Origin: Camelus ferus
Lineage: Eukaryota
DNA length: 62,000 nt
Assembly (NCBI RefSeq): GCF_009834535.1
Contig: NC_045698.1
Span: 62,001-124,000 of the forward strand
Direction of reading: 5' to 3'
The first letter of the stretch is position 1. Every line of letters starts with the position of its first letter. The notes under the pieces were generated by a model. The model searched no databases. It saw only the letters and a program-made list of their open reading frames with translations, and was not told where the DNA came from. Position numbers and translations under genes: made by a program. This document shows positions 1 to 10,550 of the stretch, in pieces.

Positions 1-3000
1 CGCAGCTGCATGGTGTCACAGGTGTTCCCTGGCAGGGGGTATTCCGCTAATTACCTGATCTGTCCAGGGGGAGGCACCAGATGCTACCTGATTTCCCAAC
101 CCAACCCCAGAATTTCCCCGGCAGCCCGCACTAGGAATGACTCCGGGAAGACACGCGGAGGGCTCCTAGGAGATCCCAGGCGCTGCAGAGGACGGAACCT
201 CGCCACACTCAGAATTCCGGAACGCGGCCGAGTTGGTGGGGGAGGTTTGGGGCCGCCCTCCACGCAGCTGCCTGGTGTCACAGTTGTTCCCTGGCAGGGG
301 GAATTCCGCTAATTACCTGATCTGTCCAGGGGGAGGCACTAGATGCAACCTGCATTTCCAGCCAAACCCCTGCATTTCCCCCGCAGAACGCACTAGGAGA
401 CCCTCGGGGAAGACACGCGGAGGGCTCCTAGGAGATCCCAGGCGCTGCAGACCGAGGACGGAACCTCGCCACACTCAGAATTCCGGAACGCGGCCGAGTG
501 GGTGAGGGATGTTTGTTGCTGCCCTCCACGATGCTGCTTGGGGACACAGTTGTTCCCTGGCAGGGGGAATTCCGCTAATTACCTCATCGGTCCAGGGGGA
601 GGCACTAGATGCTACCTGCATTTCCAGACCAACCCTCGCTTTTCCCCGGCAGCCCGCTCTAGGAGACACTCGTGGAAGTCATTCGGAGGGCTCCTAGGAG
701 ATCCCAGGCGCTGCAGACAGTGGACAGAACCTCGCCACTCAGAATTCCGATACGCGGCCGAGTCAGTGGGGGAGGTTTGGGGCCGCCGTCCTCGTATCTG
801 CCTGGTGTCACAGGTGTTCATTGGCAGTCGGAAGTACACTAATTACCTGATATGTCCAGGGAGAGGCACCAGATGCTACCTGCATTTCCAGCCCAACCGA
901 CGCCTTTCCCCGGCAGCCTGAATTAAGATTGACTCCGGGAAGACACGCGGAGGGCTCCTAGGGGATCCCAGGCGCTGCAGACCGAGGACGGAACCTCGCC
1001 ACCCTCACAATTCCGGAACGCGGCCGAGTGGGTGTGGGAGATTTGGGGCCGCCCCCCACGCAGCTGCCTTGGGTCACAAGTATTCCTTGGCAGGGGGAAT
1101 TCCGCTAATTACCTCATCAGTCCCGGGGCAGGCACTAGATGCTACCTGCGTTTCCAGCAGAACCCCCGCCTTTCCCCGACAGCCCGCACAAGGAGACACT
1201 ACGGGAAGACACGCGGAGGGCTCCTAGTAGATCCCAGGCGCTGCAGACAGAAGACATAACCTCGCCACCCTCAGAATTCCGGAACGCGTCCGAGTCGGTG
1301 GGGGAGGTTTGAGGCCGACGTCCTCGTATCTGCCTGGTGTCACAGGTGTTCATTTGCAGTCGGAAGTACACTAATTTCCTGATCTGTCCAGGGGGAGGCA
1401 CCAGATGCTACCTGCTTTTCCAGCCCAACCCCCGAATTTCCCCGGCAGCCCGCACTAGGAGTGACTCCGGGAAGACACGCGGATGGCTCCTAGGAGATCC
1501 CAGGCGCTGCAGAGGACGGAACCTCGCAACACTCAGAATTCTGGAACGCGGCCGAGTTGGTGGGGAAGGTTTGGGGCCGTCCTCCACGCAGCTGCCTGGT
1601 GTCACAATTGTTCCCTGGCAGGGGGAAGTCCGCTAATTACCTGATCTGTCCAGGGGGAGGCACTAGATGCAACCTGCATTTCCAGCCAAACCCCCGCATT
1701 TCCCCCGCAGAACGCACTAGGAGACACTCGGGGAAGACCCGCGGATTTCTCCTAGGAGATCCCAGTCGCTGCAGACGGATGACGGAACCTCGCAACGCTC
1801 AGAATTCCGGAACGCGGCCGAGTGGGTGGGGGAGGTTTGGGGCCGTCCTCCACGCAGCTGCCTGGTGTCACAGGTGTTCCCTGGCAGGGGGAATTCCGCT
1901 AATTACCTCATCGGTCCAGGGGGAGGCACTAGATGCTAAGTGCTTTTCCAGCCCAACCCCCGCCTTTCCCCGGCAGCCCGCACTAATAGACCCTCGGGGA
2001 GGACACGCGGAGGGCTCCTAGGAGATCCCAGGTGCTGCAGACAGAGGACAGAACCTCGCCACCCTCAGAATTCTGGAACGCGGCCGAGTGGTTTGGGGAA
2101 GTTTGGGGCCGATCTCCACGCAGCTGCATGGTTTCACAGGTGTTCCCTGGCAGGGGGTATTCCGCTAATTACCTGATATGTCCAGGGGGAGGCAATAGAC
2201 CCTACCTGAATTTCCAGGCCATCCCCAGCCTTTCCCCGGCAGCCCGCACTAGGAGACACTCGGGGAAGACACGCGGAGGGCTCCTAGTAGATCCCAGGCG
2301 CTGCAGACAGAAGACGTAACCTCGCCACCCTCAGAATTCCAGAACGCGTCCGAGTCGGTGGGGGAGGTTTGAGGCCGCCTTCCTCGTATCTGCCTGGTGT
2401 CACAGGTGTTCATTTGCAGTCGGAAGTACACTAATTTCCTGATCTGTCCAGGGGGAGGCACCAGATGCTACCTGATTTCCCAGCCCAACCCCAGAATTTC
2501 CCCGGCAGCCCGCACTAGGAATGACTCCGGGAAGACACGCGGAGGGCTCCTAGGAGATCCCAGGCGCTGCAGAGGACGGAACCTCGCCACACTCAGAATT
2601 CCAGAACGCGGCCGAGTTGGTGGGGGAGGTTTGGGGCCGCCCTCCACGCAGCTGCCTGGTGTCACAGTTGTTCCCTGGCAGGGGGAATTCCGCTAATTAT
2701 CTGATCTGTCCAGGGGGAGGCTCTAGATGCTACCTGCATTTCCAGCCCAACACCCGAAATTCCCCGGCAGCCTGAACTAGAATACACTCGGGAAGACACG
2801 CGGAGGGCTCCTAGAAGATCCCAGGCGCTGCAGACAGAGGACGGAACCTCGCCAGAATCAGAATTTCTGAACGCAGGCGAGTGGGTGGGGGAGGTTTGGG
2901 GCCGCCATCCACGCAGCTGCCAGATGTCACAGTTGTTCCCTGGCACTGGAAATACAGCTAATTACCTGATCTGTCCAGTGGGAGGCACTAGATGCTACAT

Positions 3001-4750
3001 GCATTTCCAGCCCAACCCCCGCCTTTCCCGGGCAGCCCGCACTAGGAGACACTCTGGGAAGACACGCGGAGGGCTCCTAGGAGATCCCAGGCGCTGCAGA
3101 CTGAGGACGGAACCTCGCAAACCTCAGAATTCCGGAACGCGGCCGAGTGGGTGGGGGAGGTTTGGGGCCGCCGTCCTCGTATCTGCCTGGTGTCACAGGT
3201 GTTCCCTTGCAGGGGGAATTCCGCTAACTACCTCAGCAGTCCCGGGGGAGGCACTAGATGCTACCTGCGTTTCCAGCACAACCCCCGCCTTTCCCCGGCA
3301 GCCCGCACAAGGAGACACTCGAGGAAGACCCGCGGAGACCTCCTAGGAGATCCCAGGCGCTGCAGACAGAGGACGGAACCTCGCCACGCTCACAATTCCG
3401 GAACGCGGCCGAGTGGGTGGGGGATGTTTGGGTCCGGTCTCCACGCAGATGCCTGGTGTCACAGGTGTTCCCTGGCAGGGGGAATTCCGCTAATTACCTC
3501 ATCGGTCCAGGGGGAGGCTCTAGATGCTACCTGCATTTCCAGCCTATTCCCCGCATTTCCCCGGCAGCCCGCAATAGGAGACAGTCGGGGAAGACACGCG
3601 ACGGGATCCTAGGAGATCCCAGGTGCTGCAGACAGAGGACGGAACCTCGCCACCCTCACAATTCCGGATCGCGGCCGAGTGGGTGTGGGAGGTTTGGTGG
3701 CCGCCACCCACGCAGCTGCATTTTTGTCACAGGTATTCCCTGGCAGGGGGAATTCCCCTAATTACCTCATCAGTCCCGGGGAGGCACTAGATGTTACCTG
3801 CTTTTCCAGCACAACCCCCGCCTTTCCCCGGCAGCCCGCACAAGGAGACACTCGAGGAAGATACGTGAAGGGCTCCTAGGAGATCCCAGGCTCTGCAGAC
3901 AGAGGACGGAACCTCGCCACCCTCAGAATTCCGGAACGCGGTCGAGTCGGTGGGGGAGGTTTGGGACCGCCGTCCTCGTATCTGCCTGGTGTCACAGGTG
4001 TTCATTGGCAGTCGTAAGTACACTAATTACCTGATCTGTCCAGGGGGAGGCACTAGATGCTACCTGCATTCCAGCCCAACCCCCGCATTTCCCCAGCAGC
4101 CCGCACTAGGAGACACTCGGGGAAGACACGCGGAGGGCTCCTAGGAGATCCCAGGTGCAGCAGACAGAGGACGGAACCTCACCACCCTCAGAATTCCGGA
4201 ACGCGGCCGAGTGGGTGAGGGAGGTTTAGGGCCGCCCTCCACGAACCTGCCTGGTGTCACAGCTGTTCCCTGGCATATGGAAGTCTGCTAATTACCTCCC
4301 GTGTCCAGGGGGAGGCACTACATGGTTCCTGCATTTCCAGCAAAAACCCCGAATTTCCCAGGCAGCCCGCACTAGGAGACAATCGGGAAAATACGCGGAT
4401 TTCTCCTAGGAGGTCCCAGGAGCTGCAGACAGAGGACGGAACCTCCCCACACTCAGAATTCCGGAACGCGGCCAACTGGGTGGGGGATGTTTGGCGCCGA
4501 CCTCCACGCAACTGCCTGGTATCACAGCTGTTCCCTGGCTGGGGGAAGTCCGCTAATTACCTCCCCTGTCCAGGGGTAAGCACTAGATCAAACCTGCATT
4601 TCCAGCCCATCCCCTGACATTCCCGGCAGTCCGCAGTAGGACACACTCGGGGAAGACACGCGGAGGGCTCCTAGGAGATCCCAGACGCTGCAGACAGAGG
4701 ACGGAACCTCCCCACGCTCAGAATTCCAGAACGCGCCCGAGTGGGTGGGA
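1..4750. repeat. GC/CpG-rich tandem satellite, ~266-bp monomer, ~18 copies; truncated by the window start, right edge at ~4750
   Basis: The anchor CTCCTAGGAGATCCCAGG (or a close variant) recurs at 163, 425, 691, 955, 1221, 1487, 1749, 2015, 2281, 2547, 2808, 3074, 3340, 3606, 3873, 4138, 4403 and 4668, with spacings of 261-267 bp. Most monomers contain PstI (CTGCAG) and EcoRI (GAATTC) sites. The repeated ORF translations here reflect this periodicity. Confidence 0.98.
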
Positions 4751-4757
4751 AAATGTC

Positions 4758-5168
4758 TTTTACGGAAATGACAGGCCAGCCAAGAAACATGCACCAGTCG
4801 GAGGGTTGGAGTACTCAGATTTATTACGCCGGCGGGCTCAGAGGGGCTTCTGCTCCGAAGCTCTGAGCACCTCCAAGACGTGCACATGAGGTTTCATAGG
4901 GTTAATTACAAATATGGGTCTATTCGCCAATAAGGCTCAAACAACAAAAAGCAAAGGATCAGTACACTGGAGCTTATCAATTTGGAACAGATCACGTTAC
5001 TGACACTTGTTGAGCTTGGATTTACGAGTTAGCTTGTTAGCCCAGTAAACTGACACTAAACTTCAGATTTACGAGTTAGCCCAGCAGAACTTAGATCAGT
5101 AAACGGACACTTATCACACTTAGATTTGTGACTTTAGCTTGTTAGCCCAGCTGGGCTTTTCCTTTACA
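4758..5168 (-). mobile_element. Putative ERV solo LTR at the satellite edge
   Basis: The minus strand starts TGTAAAGGAAAAGCCC at 5168. It has U3-like internal direct repeats (GATTTACGAGTTAGC twice, GTTAGCCCAG three times on +), a TATA-like CCCTATGAAACC at ~4890-4901 and AATAAA at ~4820-4825, in LTR order. It ends ...TTCCGTAAAA near 4758, with the terminal CA degenerate. Confidence 0.65.
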
Positions 5169-6116
5169 AGTCCTCCAGGATCCAAGAAAGCCACGTTGGA
5201 AAACAAGTGGTGATTCTGATGGGACAGGAGATCAGTCATTTGGGGGCGAAGGGTGGGGTAGGGAGACATACCAGCCTGTCTGTCTGTTTTCACCCAGTGT
5301 GGGAGCCGTCCCAAAGAGATAACTCGAGAAGAGAGAAACAGGGAGTTGACAAAGAACACGTGCAGTGGCGTGCCCTCCCCCCCCCACCCCAGGAGAAGGC
5401 CAAGCCAGAAGTCCCTCCGGATGGCGGGTTCCGGACTCCAGCTTCCAGGGGAAGCGATGTTTTTTTCCTCCCCATTTCAGGCCCGGAAGAAGAGGGAGAG
5501 GCAGAGTGTCCTTCTCGGGCATCCGCTGTTTCTGAAGCACGCTTGTTGCCAAAAGATCGGCCCCCGTCCCCGACGAGCCCAAGAATCCAGAGACAAGGTC
5601 TTGGAGCTTAGAAGCAAAGAGGCCATTTTATCGCTCTGCCGGGCAAAGGGGATTCACAGCAGGCTAGCGTCTTCAAAACTGTGTACCCACCTTGGGGATG
5701 GAGTGGGTGGGGTGGTTCTAGAGCCATAGCTCAAACAATCGGGCATCGATCACCATCCACAGAATCGTTTTCTCATCAGAAGACTCAGAATGGTGTCACG
5801 ATGCCTCCAGGTGACCCATTCTATAGAGGCTGGTGGTTAGATCTCGTTATCTCATAAGCACTCAAGGTGTGGCCTTCTTGGTCACTCAGGCTATTTTGTC
5901 AGGTCATTAGTCCCGTGACCGACCTTCTCCTCGGAGAAAGACTCAGAGACCCAGCATGATGATGACTTTCAATGAGTGAAATACAGTAGAAACAGTAAGA
6001 TCGATAGCTTCCAGTTTCAACAACAGGCCTGGAACCGTGAGCAGCAACCAGTCAGTCAGGACAGTTGACCGTTTTCAGGGCGAGCATAAGAAACCGAATG
6101 ACACCCCCCCCCAGCA

Positions 6117-6149
6117 AATGAATGAGTGAATGAATGAATGAATGAATGA
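6117..6149 (+). repeat. (AATG)n microsatellite
   Basis: aatgaatgagtgaatgaatgaatgaatgaatga. Confidence 0.9.
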
Positions 6150-6759
6150 CCTAATGATCCTCCCCTCCCCCCCCCGCCAAAAAAAGAAGCAATAATCCGT
6201 TAGCCTAATTCCGGCCATTTTATTCATCCTCCTTCACCCTGAAGCCCCAGTCACCCACGTGCCACAGTGGTCTGTTTTCTGGTTTCCTCCACCACCCCAC
6301 CCCCCACCAACCACCACCCCGCCAACATCCCCCCATGCCCAACCACCGCCCCAAGTGTGGGACTGGACGGGGGTGCAGGGGGCTGAGGGGGCGGCAATGG
6401 CGGCTTGAGGTGAGGGTGGGGAGTGTTCCGCCCAGATCGTATAGGAAGCTCAAACACAGCTGCAGTACGAGACAAGATGGTAGATTTCTGTGAGTCCTCC
6501 CTCCTCTTAAAATCCGTCCTAAGGAGGAGACAGACAGAAAGAGAAACATCACCCTCACTCCCAACGCCTCCTGCGCCCTCGATGCGCCCCAAAACAACAA
6601 CAAGAAAAACAAAAACAAACACGACCACAAATAAGTCGCTATCCCTGGGGAAGAAGGATTCGATGGCATGGGGATATCATTCTAAAATTCATTCCCTCTT
6701 CATCACATTTCATGGAAACCGATTGCAATCTATGAGGCCCTGTGAAGGTAGGGGTTGGG

Positions 6760-6806
6760 GGGGTAGGGAGGAGGGAGGGAAGTGAAGGGGGGGAGAGGGA
6801 GAGAGG

Positions 6807-6855
<49 letters not shown>

Positions 6856-7129
6856 CAGAGGAGAGGAGGGATAAAAGGGGAGAGGACAGGAAAGGAGAGG
6901 AGGGAAAAGAGGGGAGGGGAGGGGAAATGAGAAGAGGCGAGGGGAGAGGAGAAGAGGGAGAGGAGAGGAGTGGAGGGGAGAAGAGAGGAGTGGAGGGGTG
7001 AGGGGGAAGGGGGGAGAACAGGGAAGAGGAGAGGAGGGGAGAGGAGAGGAAAGAGAGACAAGGGAGACAGACAGACACGCATGCGCGCGCGCGCACACAC
7101 ACACACAGAGAATAGCGAAATGGAGAGAG

Positions 7130-7206
<77 letters not shown>
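6760..7206 (+). repeat. Polypurine tract with (GA)n, (GGAGA/GGAGG)n, (GC)n(AC)n and (GACA)n microsatellites
   Basis: (GA)n at ~6811-6850 and ~7134-7172, (GACA)n at ~7171-7206, and alternating purine-pyrimidine ACACGCATGCGCGCGCGCGCACACACACACAC at ~7075-7106. Confidence 0.95.
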
Positions 7207-7766
7207 CGGATCTAGGTCAGGGATACTACACATGGGTATTCTTCTGAGTGATTTTATGTGTTTTCTCAATCGCCACCTCTATGGAGATAAAAATCGCTCC
7301 CATAAGATGAAGGGAGTCCTTCTGCCACCGCCCACGGCCCCGCCCACCAGCACCGCTTGTGTTTGTCAGGGATTCCAAGCCAAAGCACGTGGAGGAGCGG
7401 GAGAGCTTCCTGGCAGCCCAAGGAGGAGGAAAGTCCGGCAGCATGAGAGAGGTGGTTGGCACGGGGAAGCTGGAGGCCGGCTGACGAGAAGATGGGTGAG
7501 GGGGCAGGGAGGAGGGTTTCCCAAGTTGGAGAGCCAAGACGAGGGAGGGGAGCTGTCGGTGGCTGCGTTCTGACCCCGACCCCAACCCTGACTGGAGCGG
7601 ATCCCTGAAAGGAGGCGGTTCGGGCTCTCTGGCCGAGAACGCCCCTCTCTTCCTCTTTGTGCAGAAACACCTTCCGCAGACCGAGAAAGTCCATCCCGAG
7701 ACCCTCGTCGGAAGAGTCCTTTCCAGACCCATCACGATCCTCCTGGGCCAAGGGGTCCAGGGGATG

Positions 7767-7866
7767 NNNNNNNNNNNNNNNNNNNNNNNNNNNNNNNNNN
7801 NNNNNNNNNNNNNNNNNNNNNNNNNNNNNNNNNNNNNNNNNNNNNNNNNNNNNNNNNNNNNNNNNN
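7767..7866. other. Assembly (scaffold) gap of 100 N
   Basis: Exactly 100 N, a usual placeholder for a gap of unknown size. The character of the sequence changes abruptly across it. Confidence 0.99.
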
Positions 7867-8389
7867 AAAAGGATTTCCATAAATTGGGGCAATGGGGAAG
7901 GCTGAAGTGGGCCCGTGGATGGGATTACAAGGTGAACCATACAATCTCTTCATTTGGGGTTTATGTGCTGGTTCCCTGGGGGAGTATCCCAGTGTTAGGT
8001 AAGACCCACTGGAGTGTTCCATGCAAGGTGGCAAATGTGAGTACTGCGTAATACTATTTAAAGTATTTTATACGGAACTTTGTAAGAAAACTTTATAAGA
8101 AACTTTATGAGAAACTACATTACTTTTGAAAACAACCATGTCAACACCACGCCAAAAAAGCAGAGAAGACATCAGATTTCCTCATAGAGGCCCACCCTTA
8201 ACACGATCCAGTTCACCCAAAGTGCTGATGCTCGTCGCCCTTGCAGGAGTCCACAAGTAACTTAGAGGCGCTGTGGGAAGATAAGGAGCCACTGTGGGAA
8301 GATTAGGGGCCACTGTGTTTTAGGTGCTGTGGGGGACCTGGATGGAGTCCAAACAGGGTGACTTCTGATTTCTAGTTTTCCACATCAAA

Positions 8390-9180
8390 CCATCAAAACA
8401 CTGTTAGAACTAATGAATCATTTCAGTAAAGCCACAAGGTACAAAATCAATACACAAAAATCAGTTATCTTTCTATACATTAATAATGAAACATCAGAAA
8501 GACTTTTTTTTAATCCCATTTACAACTGCATCCAAAAAAAAAATACCTAGGAAAAAATTTAATCAAGGATGTGAAAGACCTGCACACTGAAAATTCTAAG
8601 ACACTGAGGGAAGAATCTGAACAGACACAAATAAATGAAAAGATACCCTGTGCACACGGACAGAAAGAATTAATATTGTTAAAATGCCCGTTCTACCCAA
8701 AGCAGTGTTCAAACTCAAAGAAAGCATGTCAAATCACTGTGCCCTACACCAGAAAACAACAGAACATTGTGAATTGACTATACTTCAATAAAATAAAATA
8801 AACTTCAGTGGCATTTTTCACAGAAACAGAACTAACATCCCTAACATTCGTGTGGAAACACAAAGGACCCTGAACAGCCAGAGAGATTCTACAAACGGGA
8901 AACAGGCTGGAGGCATCTCCCTCCCTGACTTCACACGGCATTACAAAAGCACAGTCACCAAAGAATTGTGGAACTGGCACAACAGCAGGGACATGGACCA
9001 GAGAGAGCCTGCAAATAAACCTACGGGGATGTGGTCAGTTAACTCACAAGAAAGGAGACAGGAGCCTGCACCGGGGGGGAGGACAGTCCCCTCAATGAAT
9101 GGTGCTGGGAAAACTGGACACCGCACGCCAACGAAGGAAACGGCACACTGTCTACACCACACACAAAACCTGACTAAACC
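8390..9180 (+). mobile_element. Old, degenerate LINE-1 ORF2 fragment
   Basis: Matches L1 ORF2 RT-downstream sequence (ctgttagaactaat...caaaatcaatacacaaaaatcag). The translations KDLHTENSKTL and AGGISLPDF...YKSTVTK..WNWH resemble L1 ORF2p. Multiple frameshifts. Confidence 0.85.
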
Positions 9181-9598
9181 CCACAGCTTCCCACATCCAG
9201 CCCTTCCTCCCCCGGGGCCTCTGAGGAGGGATTCCCCTCAGCCGTCAGCCCCTCACGGGAAGCTTCTCCTCACTTTCCCTCACTTTTCCTTCCTCCTCAC
9301 CTTCCCTTCAGTGCAGCACCTCCTGTTGGGTCCTGAGGAGACTGGGCTCCAGTCAGCGTGGACATAACCCCCTGTTGTCCCAAAGCCCCAACAGGTCCTG
9401 AGGAGAAGCAGCTCCAGGCAGCTGCGCAGGACGCCAGATCCTCAGGCAGAACGCAAGCAGATTCCCGCCGCAGCTGGGGGAGGCGGGCTCCGGGCCCGGC
9501 CAGCCAATGGGAAAGCGCGGGCCCAGCTGCCCTCACAGCCAGTGGAGGCCCTGCCCCGACAGCGGCTCTGCTCAGTCCTTTAAACTGGAAATTCAAAC

Positions 9599-9977
9599 TG
9601 AAATAGAGACAAATATCTGTAACTTCCCCAAACACTTAGAAACAATTAATAGGAAGCCATATGGAATGAAGTGAACAAGGACACAAACTTTAAACCTTAC
9701 ACTCTTGTTTACTGAGCTTTCACAGTAGCCTGCCATAAATGACTTCCTCCCTCCCCCAGGCCTTGCTTTTGTTTTCAGCTGAAGGTCATATTTAAGGTGA
9801 TCCTTTGGGCCATTTCAGGGAGGGAGTCAGTGTTCCTGGATGTCTCCCCTGTATACAGGAGGTATGCATGTTATTCAACTTGTTTGTTTTTCTCCCAGTA
9901 ATCTGTCTTATTAGGGCCTGGGAGGTCTCATCCAAGAACCTAGAAGGACAGAGGGAAAACAGGTTTTCCTCCCACAC
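9599..9977 (+). mobile_element. ERV1-type LTR remnant; left boundary approximate
   Basis: Has a TATA-like TATTTAAG, a degenerate polyA region, and a U5 end gaacctagaaggacagagggaaaacaggttttcctcccaca resembling MER34/MER39-like LTR ends (from recall). Confidence 0.55.
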
Positions 9978-9979
9978 AC

Positions 9980-10550
9980 ACGCAATGGAATTCTCCTCAA
10001 CAGTAGACATTAAACCATCAGCCCCCGGAAAGACACAGGTAAGTCTCACTTGCATGTTACTAAGTGAAAGAACCCAGTCTGAGGAGGCTGCTCACAGTAG
10101 GACCCCATTGATGACAATTATGGAAAAGGCAAAACTACGTACATGAGCAGATCATGGGGTGGGGGTGGGGGGTTGAAGTGTTCCATGCGATACTTTAGGA
10201 TGGACACCTGTCACTATGCATTTGTCTACACCCACACATTTGTACAGCCCAAAGGTCAATTGTAGTCTATTCAGATTTAGTTGTTTAGGGTGTAGCAGTG
10301 TCACAGGATGGAACACACAGTGTGACACATAATCTATGAAATGTATTAGAAACGGGTGGAAAAAATAGTTGATGGTGGGGCAACAGGTGTTGACCTAAGC
10401 TCACTTTGGAACTGAACAGACTTCTTCTGCAAAAGCAGAATGGACCATTGTTAAACTGTGAGCTTTCTATTATAAAGTGCTTTCCGGGGTGTAGTAGTTA
10501 ACAATTCTGAAACCACTGTGCATGTAACCAGCAACAGAGAATTTTGTTGA
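9980..10550 (+). mobile_element. Old L1 (L1MC/MD-like) 3' region fragment
   Basis: Contains atgttactaagtgaaagaacccagtctg...ggaaaaggcaaaactac, typical of L1M 3' UTRs. Possibly a continuation of the 8390-9180 element. Confidence 0.6.

Larger units (their letters stand above)
5169..7766. other. CpG-retaining, simple-repeat-rich segment resembling rDNA intergenic spacer or NOR-associated DNA
   Basis: Contains (AATG)n, C-tracts, long (GA)n and (GACA)n, and a strongly purine-biased + strand, with more CpG than the euchromatin right of the gap. No 18S, 5.8S or 28S sequence was recognised, so the call rests on composition only. Confidence 0.3.

Noticed and set aside
1..4750. CRISPR-like array or repeated protein-coding genes in the satellite
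   Set aside because: The whole 266-bp monomer repeats with no unique spacers, the context is eukaryotic, and ORF frames shift between monomers because the unit length is usually not a multiple of 3.
1..4750. CENP-B box in the monomer
   Set aside because: No TTCGNNNNANNCGGG match was seen by eye, so centromeric function is not supported.
5950..6050. Box C/D snoRNA (ATGATGA at ~5957)
   Set aside because: No properly placed CTGA D box or terminal stem, and no host-gene context.
6639..7573. Long ORFs rich in ER, SL or TDRQ repeats
   Set aside because: They are translations of (GA)n and (GACA)n microsatellites.
7266..8051. ORFs spanning 7767-7866
   Set aside because: They read through the N gap.
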